Origin: a virus | Taxonomy: Duplodnaviria > Caudoviricetes | Reading direction: 5' to 3' (one strand) | IMG/VR virus record: IMGVR_UViG_3300028205_000041 | Span: 1-28,147 of that record | DNA: 28,147 nt | Shown here: positions 15,783-25,424 of the stretch, piece after piece | Layout: every line of letters begins with the position of its first letter | How positions within the stretch are numbered: position 1 is the first letter of the stretch | Program-made: the position numbers and the translations under genes | The notes under the pieces: generated by a model | What the model was told of the DNA's origin: nothing | The model's database searches: none | Seen by the model: the letters and a program-made list of their open reading frames with translations, nothing else

Positions 15783-15929
15783 ATGAAACGCTACATAAAA
15801 CTTAGATTGATACATGCCGGACTTATAGCGCTAATGGCCGGGCTTTACGCGTTTTGGCTGGCGCATAAGCACCCCATCGATTCGGCAGTGTATATTGGAA
15901 TGATTGTTTTGGCGCTGGTATTCCTTTAA
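15783..15929 (+). CDS. 48-aa two-TM membrane protein (MKRYIKLRLIHAGLIAL...), absent from the ORF track
   Basis: GAGGT SD, basic N-terminus and two hydrophobic segments. Confidence 0.55.
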   Translation: MKRYIKLRLIHAGLIALMAGLYAFWLAHKHPIDSAVYIGMIVLALVFL

Positions 15930-15983
15930 ACTATCCCGTATCTAGTCGGCTGGGCTGACTTATCATATTCTACGGGGTAGAAA

Positions 15984-17255
15984 ATGCACAAAGAAACCAA
16001 TGTTTTTCCCGCCTATAAAAAGGCAAAAGTCGAATCCCTCATTCCTTGCGCTAGAAACAGCCGTACCCATTCAGAAAGCCAGGTCGATAAGATAGCGGCC
16101 AGCATCAAAGAATTCGGGTTCCTTAATCCTATCATTGTTGATGGTCATGGCGGCATAGTCGCGGGCCACGGGCGGGTGCTGGCTGCAAAGAAGCTGGGAA
16201 TGGAATACCTGCCCACCATTGAAGCAGATCACCTTACCGACGCCCAGCGTCGGGCTTATGTTATTGCTGATAACAGGTTGGCGCTGGACGCAGGCTGGGA
16301 TGATGATTTACTTCGGGTTGAATTCGACGATTTGCGTGCCGACGGGTTTGATCTTGAGCTAACCGGCTTCACACTTGACGAAATTAGCGCATTACAGATT
16401 GAAGAGGTGGAAGGGCTTACCGACGAGGATTCTGTTCCAGAGGTTCCAGAAGACCCGGTTACAGTAGAGGGTGATGTATGGCTTTTAGGTAACCACAGGT
16501 TGATGTGCGGCGACTCCACCAGTATCGACGCTGTGGATAAGCTGATGGACGGGCAGAAGCCGAACACAATGGTTACTGATCCTCCTTATGGCGTAGAACT
16601 GGACCAGTCGTGGCGCGATGATGCGTTAGGCTCTAAGGCTCTTGGCAAGGGCAACGCTGGTTTAGTAGAGAATGACGATCAGGCCGACTGGACTGATGTT
16701 TGGGCACTTTTTACGGGCAATGTTGCCTATGTTTGGCATGCGTCAAAATTTACCGATGTTGTAATGGAGAGTTTGAGAAAAACCGGACTGGAGCCATCAC
16801 AGCAAATAATCTGGAATAAGTCAGTTATGGTCATGGGGAGGAGTGATTACCACTTCAAACACGAACCATGCTGGTATGCAATAAGGAAGGGGCAAGGCCA
16901 CAACTGGAAGGGCGACAGGAAGCAAACTACGATATGGGATGCATCTCCTCCAAATCATATAATGGGGGGAAGTAAAGAGGAAAAAACAACGCACCCAACA
17001 CAAAAGCCAGCGGCGCTTTATGAAAAATCGTATTTGAACCACACCAATCCCGGAGAATATGTTTATGAGCCTTTCGGCGGATCAGGAACCTCGATTGTAG
17101 TGTGTGAGAAATTAGGGAGGCGGTCATTAACTATGGAGCTAGACCCAAAATACTGCGATGTAATAGTCAAACGGTGGCAAGAGTTCACTGGTAACGATGC
17201 AACACTTGAATCCGATGGCGGCACGTTTAACTCAAGGAGCGTAAAAGATGCCTAG
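15984..17255 (+). CDS. ParB/Srx N-terminal domain fused to a beta-class N6/N4 DNA methyltransferase
   Basis: ParB-like 'N.RTH...Q...IAASIKEFGF.NP', 'AGHGR', 'IADNR'. MTase motifs 'DPPY', 'HPTQKP' and 'PFGGSGT'. Confidence 0.93.
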   Translation: MHKETNVFPAYKKAKVESLIPCARNSRTHSESQVDKIAASIKEFGFLNPIIVDGHGGIVAGHGRVLAAKKLGMEYLPTIEADHLTDAQRRAYVIADNRLALDAGWDDDLLRVEFDDLRADGFDLELTGFTLDEISALQIEEVEGLTDEDSVPEVPEDPVTVEGDVWLLGNHRLMCGDSTSIDAVDKLMDGQKPNTMVTDPPYGVELDQSWRDDALGSKALGKGNAGLVENDDQADWTDVWALFTGNVAYVWHASKFTDVVMESLRKTGLEPSQQIIWNKSVMVMGRSDYHFKHEPCWYAIRKGQGHNWKGDRKQTTIWDASPPNHIMGGSKEEKTTHPTQKPAALYEKSYLNHTNPGEYVYEPFGGSGTSIVVCEKLGRRSLTMELDPKYCDVIVKRWQEFTGNDATLESDGGTFNSRSVKDA

Positions 17256-17580
17256 AAAAAGACACGAGCCAACAAAGCAAACAAGAGAGCTTGTGACGCT
17301 GCATTCCACGGTCGGCACAAACCAAGATATTGTGGCCGACATCATAGGGATTACCGCAAAAACGCTGCGAAGGCATTACCGGGAAGAGCTAGACCAATCA
17401 ACGGCCAAGGCGAATGCATCGATTGGTGGAAGCTTGTTTAACAAAGCAAAAGGCGGGGATACCACGGCTATGATTTTCTGGATGAAGACCCGCGCAGGAT
17501 GGAGGGAAAAAGAAACAGATAGCGGAAGCGCCGAATTAGTTGCGGCTCTTGCTGCTTTGGCTGGGAACCTTCCTGTGTGA
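17248..17580 (+). CDS. terS: Terminase small subunit
   Basis: HTH 'IVADIIGITAKTLRRHY' and 'A..GDTTAMIFWMKTRAGWRE'. Immediately upstream of terL. Confidence 0.8.
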   Translation: MPRKRHEPTKQTRELVTLHSTVGTNQDIVADIIGITAKTLRRHYREELDQSTAKANASIGGSLFNKAKGGDTTAMIFWMKTRAGWREKETDSGSAELVAALAALAGNLPV

Positions 17581-18893
17581 AGATACTCGCAAAACCACAA
17601 GACCGCTGGTATCCGCTTATTGAACATCCGGTACAGCGGCAGTTAGTCCTTGCGGTATCAAATGGTGTGCGGTTTCCTTTGGTTCCTGCGGGCCGTCGCT
17701 CGGGCAAGACCGAAAGATTCAAGCGATTTCTTGCTCGGGAGGCGCTAACCCATCCAAACGAAATATACTTTGCAGCAGCGCCAACGCGCGACCAGGCTAA
17801 GAAGATATTCTGGGACGACCTCAAACTATTAACCTTTTCAGCAATACACCCAAAATCCCCAAGCGAAACCGAATTAAAGATATTCCTGCCTAATGGATCT
17901 GAGATTCATGTTGTTGGCTTAGACAAACCCCAAAGAATAGAGGGCATCAACTGGACCGGCGGTGGCATAGATGAAATTGCCGACGTTAAGAGCACAGCGG
18001 TATATGAGAACATCATGCCCGCGCTTGATACTGTTGATCCAAGGCGCCCAGACTATAGACCATGGTGTTGGTTTCTTGGTGTTCCAGATGGACTGAATCA
18101 TTATTATGATATGTGCAGGTATTCAGAGCTAAACCCAGAAGACGGGCTTTGGAAGGTCTACCACTGGAAGTCCTCAGAGATATTGCCGCCCGATGTTATT
18201 GCTGCGCGTCGTCGCACAATGTCAAAGCGACAGTTCAAGCAAGAATTTGAAGCCAGCTTCGAAACGGCCGGCGGTAGAATATACGAGGATTACAGCACGG
18301 CAAATCATACGACAACAGAGATATTGCCGCACGAACAATTGTGCTGGATGCACGATCAAAACTATACGCCGCTATCATCCGCCATAGGAGTAATACGCGG
18401 AGACGCGCTTTTCCTGTTGGATGAAATCGTGCTTATATCTGCAATATCAAGACAATCGGCCATTGAGTTTTGCGATAAATATACTAATCATTCTAATAAG
18501 CATGTTATTATTTATGGCGATCCGGCGGGAAAGGCGGGCGAAAAGCACGGGCACGAATCAGATTACACGCAAATCGAGGGAATATTAAAGCTCAACGGCT
18601 GGACATACGATAACAAGGTTGCCAGGTCGCATCCTGCCATAAAAGACAGACAAAACGCTGTCCGAGCAAAGATAAAGCCGATGGAGGGCGAGATAACATT
18701 ATTCGTTAATCCTTTAACCGCGCCATGGTGCGACAAGGGATTAAGCACGGTACAGCTTCAAGAGGGATCAACGTTCCAAGAGGATCAGCGAAACGATTAC
18801 CAGCACATTACAACGGCGATAGGTTATATGGTCGATGTGGAATGGACAGTCAAGGAACAATTAATTATCACTAATATTAAAGTGGGATTTTAG
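17577..18893 (+). CDS. terL: Terminase large subunit
   Basis: Walker A 'AGRRSGKT', 'APT..QAK', Walker B 'GGGIDE', 'F.QEFEASF' and nuclease 'YGDPAG'. Confidence 0.95.
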   Translation: MKILAKPQDRWYPLIEHPVQRQLVLAVSNGVRFPLVPAGRRSGKTERFKRFLAREALTHPNEIYFAAAPTRDQAKKIFWDDLKLLTFSAIHPKSPSETELKIFLPNGSEIHVVGLDKPQRIEGINWTGGGIDEIADVKSTAVYENIMPALDTVDPRRPDYRPWCWFLGVPDGLNHYYDMCRYSELNPEDGLWKVYHWKSSEILPPDVIAARRRTMSKRQFKQEFEASFETAGGRIYEDYSTANHTTTEILPHEQLCWMHDQNYTPLSSAIGVIRGDALFLLDEIVLISAISRQSAIEFCDKYTNHSNKHVIIYGDPAGKAGEKHGHESDYTQIEGILKLNGWTYDNKVARSHPAIKDRQNAVRAKIKPMEGEITLFVNPLTAPWCDKGLSTVQLQEGSTFQEDQRNDYQHITTAIGYMVDVEWTVKEQLIITNIKVGF

Positions 18894-18896
18894 AAC

Positions 18897-20333
18897 ATGG
18901 CAGAAACAAAAAAAGGCGTTGATTTTAAGCACCCAGAATATGACGTTAATGTTGATTCGTGGAAGTTTGTTAATAACATTTGTGACTCTAAAGACGTTAA
19001 GCAGTATATAAATGCTCTTAATATTCAGGACAATAGCAGAGAAAATGGCGCAAGAAACGAGCAGTTTAAAAAGCGGGCAATATTTTACGCTATTGCTGGC
19101 TATACTTCTCGTGGATTGGTTGGCAAGGCGTTTTCAAAGCCGCCAGAGCTAGAGGTTTCGCCGCAGCTTGATTATATAAAGACTAATGTTGACGGCGCAG
19201 GCACTGGTATAGACCAGCAAGCCCAAGACGTTGTTAGAGATATTTCAAGGATTGGCCGAAGCGGGTTGCTTGCGGACTTTCCAAAAACCAACGGGGAGCT
19301 ATCGGTTGCCCAGCTTTCAAATATGGGAATCGCAGCAACCATAACAAAATTCGATGCAAAGCAAATAATCAACTGGAAAACCAAAAGCATAGGATCGCGC
19401 ATTGTGCTGTGTAAGGTTGTTCTTGCTTACAATAAAGATATACAAGGCGAGGATGGGTTTAGCTTCAAGACCGTGCCTATCAGGCTAGAACTTAAGCTTG
19501 AGTACGTGACGGATAGAGAGGTTTATTCCATGGTCACTTGGGAAAAGCTAAAGATTAAAGACGTTGAGCAATGGGTTGCCGGTGAAGAAATATTCCCCGT
19601 TGACAGCACTGGCTCTACGCTTTCAGAGATTCCTTTTGCGTTTGTTGGGTCTGAATCCAATACAACAAAGATCGACCCGGCGCCAATGTACGATCTTTGC
19701 CGCATCAATGAAGGCCATTTAAATAATTCAGCAATATACGAGGACGCGGTTTATCAGGTCGGCCAGCCTCAGGTCTGGATGTCTGGTATCACGCAAACCC
19801 ATATCGACCTAATGGCCAAGAACGATATGTATTTTGGATCTAGAACCGTGATGGGCGTGCCTCCTGGTGAGAAGCTGGGAATTGTGCAGGTTGAACCAGA
19901 CACATTGGCCAAAGAAGCTATGGCCGACAAGGTGCAGATAATGATTGGGCTTGGAGCCATGTTTATAACGCCGGGCAGCGCCAACAAGACCGCAACGCAA
20001 TCTGCCGGTGAGCTATTGGCGCAGCATTCTGTATTGTCTTTGATCGTGTCAAACGTGACCGACGCATACGAAAAGGCTCTTGGGTGGGTGGCCTTGTTTA
20101 TGGGTACTGACCCAAAGCAAACGGTTTACAAGCTTAATCAGGATTTTGTTTCACCTACAGCAGACGCCAACATGTTACGCGAGATTATAGCGGGCTTTAT
20201 CAGCGGCGCCATACCTGCGGCCGACTTCCTGAGATGGCAGCAAAGGCACAACATAATTGATCCGGACAAAACCATTGAAGAATATCAGGACGAAATAGGC
20301 CAAGGCATAAACATGCCGGATCTTGATCAATGA
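18897..20333 (+). CDS. Portal protein (DUF4055 type)
   Basis: Position after terL, 478 aa. Motifs 'HPEY', 'RA.FY', 'N.DG.G', 'GR.GLL.DFP', 'IPF', 'N.GH..NSA.YE' and 'KTATQ'. Confidence 0.9.
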   Translation: MAETKKGVDFKHPEYDVNVDSWKFVNNICDSKDVKQYINALNIQDNSRENGARNEQFKKRAIFYAIAGYTSRGLVGKAFSKPPELEVSPQLDYIKTNVDGAGTGIDQQAQDVVRDISRIGRSGLLADFPKTNGELSVAQLSNMGIAATITKFDAKQIINWKTKSIGSRIVLCKVVLAYNKDIQGEDGFSFKTVPIRLELKLEYVTDREVYSMVTWEKLKIKDVEQWVAGEEIFPVDSTGSTLSEIPFAFVGSESNTTKIDPAPMYDLCRINEGHLNNSAIYEDAVYQVGQPQVWMSGITQTHIDLMAKNDMYFGSRTVMGVPPGEKLGIVQVEPDTLAKEAMADKVQIMIGLGAMFITPGSANKTATQSAGELLAQHSVLSLIVSNVTDAYEKALGWVALFMGTDPKQTVYKLNQDFVSPTADANMLREIIAGFISGAIPAADFLRWQQRHNIIDPDKTIEEYQDEIGQGINMPDLDQ

Positions 20334-21406
20334 TAACGCCGTCTGAATTAATCGAGATTGCTACACGCCATCAAGTGCACTTGGAGCGCTTAAAGACACA
20401 GGCTGTAAATGAAAACCTTGAATTCTTAAAGGTTATGGATAAATCCGTGACAGCTAGGCTTGCCGGTAAAGATATAACAGACTTTAAGAGGGCCAAGTTA
20501 GAGCGCCTTATAGCGTCTGTGAAGGGCGATCTTTCAATTATTAACAAGGACATAGGCGCGTCAATACTGGCGCAGGCTAAAGAGCTTGCTGAGTATGAGG
20601 CGGGTTTTGAGGTTAGGGCGCTGGATCAGGTTATTAAGGCCGATTTTAACACTCCAACAACATCCGCTTTAGTTTCTGCCGTGATGACAAACCCGCTTTC
20701 CGTGGCTGGAGTTGATAATGGTATGTTGCTTGGAGCTTTTATCAAAGGCAAAACAACAGCGCAGATAGACGCCATATCATTGGCTATTCGCACGGGTTAT
20801 TACGAAGGCCAAAGCACAAGCAAGATATTGCAATCGATTCGAGGCACAAGAAGCCAAGGATTTAAAAACGGGATTATCGCAAGGGTTGGTAACAGCCTAA
20901 ACGCCGTGGTCAGGACCGCTTTGCAGCATACGGCTGTTCAGGCAAGAGAAACAACTTGGCGAGCAAATAGCGATATTGTCAAGCAGGTCAGATGGACATC
21001 GACTTTTGACGGCCGGACCTCTCAGGTCTGCAGGTCAATGGATGGCAAAACATTCGAGATAGACAAAGGCCCACGGCCACCAATCCATATAAATTGCAGA
21101 TCCAGCATAGTCGCAGTACTTGACGATAAGTTTAAATCATTAAGAGCGGGCGCAACCAGGTCCGCAAGAGGCCCGGATGGTGTTGAGTCCATTAGCGCTA
21201 AGGACAGTTATTATGGATGGCTAAAGCAGCAGCCTAAAGGATTCCAAGAATCTGCCATTGGGCCTGTAAGAGCAAAACTAATGAACGAGGGAGGGTTGTC
21301 TGCCAAGAAATTTGGCGAGCTTAATCTTAGTAATCAATTTAAGCCACTGACTTTAGCGGAAATGAAAAAGCTAGAGCCAACGGCATTTGAAAAGGCGGGG
21401 CTATGA
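20330..21406 (+). CDS. Head morphogenesis protein (SPP1 gp7/Mu gpF family)
   Basis: Motif 'W.STFDGRTS..CR..DG......GP.PP.H.NCRS'. Confidence 0.92.
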   Translation: MITPSELIEIATRHQVHLERLKTQAVNENLEFLKVMDKSVTARLAGKDITDFKRAKLERLIASVKGDLSIINKDIGASILAQAKELAEYEAGFEVRALDQVIKADFNTPTTSALVSAVMTNPLSVAGVDNGMLLGAFIKGKTTAQIDAISLAIRTGYYEGQSTSKILQSIRGTRSQGFKNGIIARVGNSLNAVVRTALQHTAVQARETTWRANSDIVKQVRWTSTFDGRTSQVCRSMDGKTFEIDKGPRPPIHINCRSSIVAVLDDKFKSLRAGATRSARGPDGVESISAKDSYYGWLKQQPKGFQESAIGPVRAKLMNEGGLSAKKFGELNLSNQFKPLTLAEMKKLEPTAFEKAGL

Positions 21407-21444
21407 AAAAGGGTAAGAAGAAGCCATATAAAAGGGCTGGCTAA
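21403..21444 (+). CDS. 13-aa basic micro-ORF (MKKGKKKPYKRAG)
   Basis: ATGA overlap with the upstream stop and TAATG overlap with the downstream start. Confidence 0.4.
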   Translation: MKKGKKKPYKRAG

Positions 21445-21884
21445 TGACAACCATTGCGCTGGACAAGAACGGCCTTATTGCTTACGACTCCAGGGAAACC
21501 GCTGGATCAACTATTGTTGACGATAATTGCAATAAATGTAAAGAGTCAAACGGAGTTTACTATTTCTTTTGCGGCCGGTCTGCGGACGAAGACACATTGA
21601 TAGACGCTGTCGAGAACGGGGAGCGCCCAAGTTATCCAGACGCTATAAGCACTCACGCAATCATAGTTATGGGCAAAGATGTTTATACTGCCGGAATAAC
21701 AAAGGACGAAGGGTATTATTGGCAAAAAGAGAGAAAAAGGAATCCTTTAGCAAGGGGAAGCGGTTCCGATCATGCACTAACAGCCATGGACCTTGGTTGC
21801 AGCGCAAAGAAGGCCGTTAAATATGCCATGAAGCGTGACTCGTGCACAGGAGGCAGAATTAGAACGTTTAGTTTAAAAGGTTGA
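21444..21884 (+). CDS. Ntn-hydrolase, HslV/proteasome-beta-like peptidase
   Basis: N-terminal MTTIA (Thr nucleophile), 'AYDSR', 'GSGSD.A..AM..G.SA..AV..A..RD..TGG'. Confidence 0.85.
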   Translation: MTTIALDKNGLIAYDSRETAGSTIVDDNCNKCKESNGVYYFFCGRSADEDTLIDAVENGERPSYPDAISTHAIIVMGKDVYTAGITKDEGYYWQKERKRNPLARGSGSDHALTAMDLGCSAKKAVKYAMKRDSCTGGRIRTFSLKG

Positions 21885-21910
21885 CAGTAGTATACTGATC
21901 GTTTTATTAT
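21881..21910 (+). promoter_or_regulatory. Sigma70-type promoter for scaffold/capsid
   Basis: TTGACA-18 nt-TATTAT. Confidence 0.5.
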
Positions 21911-21963
21911 TCGCATTAACGTATCGCTGGGCGATATGAATCTAAAATTACCAGGGGTAGTTT

Positions 21964-22677
21964 ATGAAATATAAGGTAAGCAAAGAAGAATTCGCAGCAT
22001 TAGACGAAGCAAACAAGGCGCTATACAAGGCAACCGGCGAAGATTACACGTTAAGCGTTGACGGTATGCCTGAAATAGAAGACGTGGCCGGTCTTAAAAA
22101 GAACCTTTCTGATTTGCTAGGCGAAAAAAAGGCAGCAAAAACAGCGGCCGAAGAAGCAACTCAAAAAGCAGCAGCAACACAGGCGGCAGCAGATTTAGCG
22201 GCAGCCAACAAGTCAGGCGATATTGATGCAATCAATGTTTCTTGGCAGAGCAAGTTTGATGCTTTGGGTTTAAAGCTAGAGGGTGTTACCGGACAATTAC
22301 ATACGGCAACATCGGGATCAATAGCCACAAGCATTGCCGCAACCATTGGCATTGCAGGATCACAAGGAATTTTATCAGACGCCATTGGCAGACGACTAAA
22401 AACAGAGTTTGATGAAACAGGACAGCATAGAACGGTTGTCTTGGGAGTAGATGGTAAGCCATCGGCCTTAACGGTCGAAGAGCTAACCACAGAATTTAAG
22501 ACTAACGCGGCGTATGCCCCGTTAATAGTTGGATCCAAGGCCGGGGGCAATGGGACCAACAACGCTGGAGGCGGGGCCGAAGGTAAAGTGATAACAAGAA
22601 GCCAATTTGATGGAATGGGAGTGGGCGAAAAGCGCTCTTATCTAAAAGATGGCGGAACACTAACCGACGCGGCTTAA
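21964..22677 (+). CDS. Capsid scaffolding protein
   Basis: Ala/Lys/Glu coiled coil and Gly-rich linker. Directly upstream of the major capsid gene. Confidence 0.82.
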   Translation: MKYKVSKEEFAALDEANKALYKATGEDYTLSVDGMPEIEDVAGLKKNLSDLLGEKKAAKTAAEEATQKAAATQAAADLAAANKSGDIDAINVSWQSKFDALGLKLEGVTGQLHTATSGSIATSIAATIGIAGSQGILSDAIGRRLKTEFDETGQHRTVVLGVDGKPSALTVEELTTEFKTNAAYAPLIVGSKAGGNGTNNAGGGAEGKVITRSQFDGMGVGEKRSYLKDGGTLTDAA

Positions 22678-22711
22678 TCCGCAATTTTTTAACTTTCAGA
22701 GAATACTTAAC

Positions 22712-23863
22712 ATGGCAGAGAATACTATAACCGGCTTAGTGCCGGACATTTACGAAGGGCTTGACATTGTTTCAAGAGAGCTAACGGGCATGATTCCTTC
22801 GGTTACTATGAACGCATCTGCGGATCGTGCTGCCGTGGGCCAAAACATTCGTGTTGACGTTGAGCCGGAAGGAAACCTGGTGGACATTACACCATCAATG
22901 ACAATTCCAGAACCTACCGGGCAGACTTCCGGGTTTACCGATATTGTCATTACAAAGTCTAAAGCGGCCGAGTTTGGGTTTATTGGCGAGCAAGTAAAAG
23001 GCTTAAACACTGGACCGGGCTTTCCAAGTGTTCGAGCGCAGAAGATTGCGCAAGCAATTCGCAAACTTGCTAACTCTATTGAAGCAGACCTTTGTGGATT
23101 GCAGTCTACCTTTAGCCGAGCCGTTGGTACTCCAGGCACTACGCCTTTTGCCACAATCAACGATTACACAGACGCGACTTTTGCGCGTAAAATTCTAAAA
23201 GATAACGGCGGTGATTTTAACGCTCGCATTGTTATGGATACCACGGCGGGCGCTACCCTTTTAGGTAAGCAAGGCGCTGTGAATTCTGCCGGTACTGACC
23301 TGATTATGTCTCAGGGCATTCTAGTGGATCGCGCTGGTATGCCTTTGCGTGAGTCTGGATTCGTCGAGAATCATGTCGCGGGTACAGGCGCAAGCGCTAC
23401 AACTAATGCGGCCGGTTATGCTGTTGGTGCGACGGTTCTAACTTTGGCATCTGCCGGAACCGGGACATTGCTTGCTGGCGATGTTGTTACCTTTGCGGGC
23501 GATGCAAACAAGTACGTTTTAGCATCAGGCGACACTGACGTGTCTAACGGTGGAACAATCACCTTGGCGGCTCCCGGCTTGCGTGTTGCAATGTCAGAGG
23601 CAACCAAGGCAATCACTGTCCTGGCTAGCAGCGCGAGAAACATGGCATTCTCTGAAAACGCTTTAGTGCTTGCTTCACGAGCGCCAGCGCTACCGGAAGA
23701 AGGCGACCAAGCAGCAGATCGAATGCTAATCACCGATCCTCGCAGCGGGCTGACAATGGAATTTGCATTGTACTTAGGTTATCGCAAAGTGCGTTATGAA
23801 GTATCACTGGCTTGGGGTGTTAAAAACATCAAGCCTGAGCATACCGCGTTAATCTTAGGCTAA
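22712..23863 (+). CDS. Major capsid protein (P22 coat-like, with a Thr/Gly/Ala-rich insertion domain)
   Basis: Motifs 'LDIVSREL.G.IP.V', 'AIR.L.N.IE.DL', 'GDVVTFAG', 'DP.SGL' and 'WGVK.IKPE'. Position after the scaffold gene. Confidence 0.92.
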   Translation: MAENTITGLVPDIYEGLDIVSRELTGMIPSVTMNASADRAAVGQNIRVDVEPEGNLVDITPSMTIPEPTGQTSGFTDIVITKSKAAEFGFIGEQVKGLNTGPGFPSVRAQKIAQAIRKLANSIEADLCGLQSTFSRAVGTPGTTPFATINDYTDATFARKILKDNGGDFNARIVMDTTAGATLLGKQGAVNSAGTDLIMSQGILVDRAGMPLRESGFVENHVAGTGASATTNAAGYAVGATVLTLASAGTGTLLAGDVVTFAGDANKYVLASGDTDVSNGGTITLAAPGLRVAMSEATKAITVLASSARNMAFSENALVLASRAPALPEEGDQAADRMLITDPRSGLTMEFALYLGYRKVRYEVSLAWGVKNIKPEHTALILG

Positions 23864-23875
23864 GAGTTTTTAGCC

Positions 23876-23917
23876 GCATAGCCTTTTAACGAGGGCTATG
23901 CACTAAGAATTTTTATT
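23876..23917 (+). terminator. Hairpin/terminator after the capsid gene
   Basis: GCATAGCCTT/AGGGCTATGC stem followed by a T-rich tract. Confidence 0.55.
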
Positions 23918-23936
23918 AACTTTAGGAGGTTTTAAT

Positions 23937-24128
23937 ATGTCATTCGGAACACTAAAGACAGTTACAATTGAGCGCGAAGGCGTGATGGTTGATATTAACG
24001 AAACTGATCTAAAAGATACCGACGTTGTTGTTACTGATGAAATGACACAAGCAGCCGAGACCAAAGCATACAAAGCGGCAGAAACCGAAGCCTACAAGAT
24101 GAACGCAAAACCAAAACCAAAGCGATAA
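23937..24128 (+). CDS. Small head-associated hypothetical protein with an 8-aa tandem duplication
   Basis: AGGAGG SD. AAETKAYK-AAETEAYK at 24051-24098. Confidence 0.7.
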   Translation: MSFGTLKTVTIEREGVMVDINETDLKDTDVVVTDEMTQAAETKAYKAAETEAYKMNAKPKPKR

Positions 24129-24156
24129 GACAAAAAACACAAAGTTAAACCTAGAG

Positions 24157-24182
24157 AGGGCGGGCAGATGCCGCCCTTTTTT
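24157..24182 (+). terminator. Intrinsic terminator
   Basis: AGGGCGG-gcagatg-CCGCCCT followed by T's. Confidence 0.72.
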
Positions 24183-24199
24183 ATTGGAGCAAACTAATA

Positions 24200-24706
24200 A
24201 TGGCCTTAGTTGTAGAAGATGGCAGCATTGTCGCAAACGCGGATTCTTACGTCACTCGCTCGGATTTCATAGCGTGGTCCTTAAGGCGCGGCTATACAGT
24301 GGCCGACGATGTGCTTGCGGACAATAAACTGGTCATAGCATTCGATTTCATCAACGGCATAGAAAGCTCGCTTGCCGGGCTTCTATCTGTCAGAGAGCAA
24401 ACCGGAGCATATCCAAGAACGGATTTAGTTCTCCAAACTTATAGCTGGCTTTCTACAGAAATACCAACCCAAGCGATTGATTACCAGATGTCATTGGCGC
24501 TTGACCAAGTAAACGGCATAGATATTTTTAACCCGCCGCAATCAGACTCGGTGGCTGTTAAACGCTCAAAGGTGGAAGGCGCGGTTGAGGAAGAGTACGC
24601 AGTAAGCGACGCCCCTGCATTTTTATACCAATCGTTAAGTAATCGATTAAGGCAAATACTCCAGCGCTCGGGTTCGGGCTTTGGCATTCCAATCACAATG
24701 GGTTAA
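24200..24706 (+). CDS. Head-tail adaptor (DnaT-like annotated family)
   Basis: Motifs 'MAL.VEDG.....A.SY', 'Q...YPR', 'IP' and 'KV.GAVE.EY'. Confidence 0.85.
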   Translation: MALVVEDGSIVANADSYVTRSDFIAWSLRRGYTVADDVLADNKLVIAFDFINGIESSLAGLLSVREQTGAYPRTDLVLQTYSWLSTEIPTQAIDYQMSLALDQVNGIDIFNPPQSDSVAVKRSKVEGAVEEEYAVSDAPAFLYQSLSNRLRQILQRSGSGFGIPITMG

Positions 24707-24708
24707 TT

Positions 24709-25068
24709 ATGTCAGACGCTTTTTATAACAAGATGGCAAAAACAGCCGCCAAGCTTATTAACAAGTTTGGTAAGGAGTTTTTGGTTGTCAGAAATATAGG
24801 CAGGTCCGTTGACAATATAACGGGAACTGTAACACCTGGTACTACAACAACATTCAAGCCAAAAGGCATTATTGTCGAATACACAACGGCAGAAAAGCAG
24901 GACAGTAGAATTGAGCAAGGCGACAGAAAGCTAATTCTTGATAACACTGTTGAGCCGCTAATGACTGACCGGCCAACGGTTGATGGTAAGAAATGGACAA
25001 TCAAGGAAATAGAAAAGTCAGAGCCAGCGGGAATTGCTTTGGTTTATTTTGTAAGGGTTAGCGCTTAA
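24709..25068 (+). CDS. Head closure/head-tail joining protein
   Basis: Motifs 'Y..M..TA..LI.KFG', 'I..GD.KL' and 'PAG....Y'. Synteny. Confidence 0.78.
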   Translation: MSDAFYNKMAKTAAKLINKFGKEFLVVRNIGRSVDNITGTVTPGTTTTFKPKGIIVEYTTAEKQDSRIEQGDRKLILDNTVEPLMTDRPTVDGKKWTIKEIEKSEPAGIALVYFVRVSA

Positions 25069-25424
25069 TGTCTGCATTAGATATCTCAAAATGGGCTGAG
25101 TCAGTTGGCGCAAGCGTTGACGAAGCAAGCCGAGCAATCAAGCTTGAGGTTTTTACCGGGGTTATTGATGATACCCGCGTGGACACTGGCAGGCTTAAGG
25201 GCAACTGGCAAACAACACAGAACAGGCCCGCAAAAGGAACCCTTCCTATAAACGATAAAAACGGAAACGTCGCAAAGAACGCAGTAATAAACAATATACA
25301 GGGAACCGGCATTGACTACCTTACAAACAACTTAGACTATGCTGCAGTATATGAAGAAAAGGACGCCATGGTTGCAAGGAACCTTGCGCGTGTTGACACT
25401 ATAGTCAGAGGCCTTAAAAAATGA
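25068..25424 (+). CDS. Tail completion/neck protein (HK97 gp10-like)
   Basis: Motifs 'T.VDTGRL.GNWQ' and 'NNL.YA...E'. Confidence 0.82.
   Translation: MSALDISKWAESVGASVDEASRAIKLEVFTGVIDDTRVDTGRLKGNWQTTQNRPAKGTLPINDKNGNVAKNAVINNIQGTGIDYLTNNLDYAAVYEEKDAMVARNLARVDTIVRGLKK

Noticed and set aside
15984-17255. Partition system or restriction-modification system
   Set aside because: ParB-MTase fusions directly before terS are common orphan phage methyltransferases. No ParA or cognate endonuclease is adjacent.
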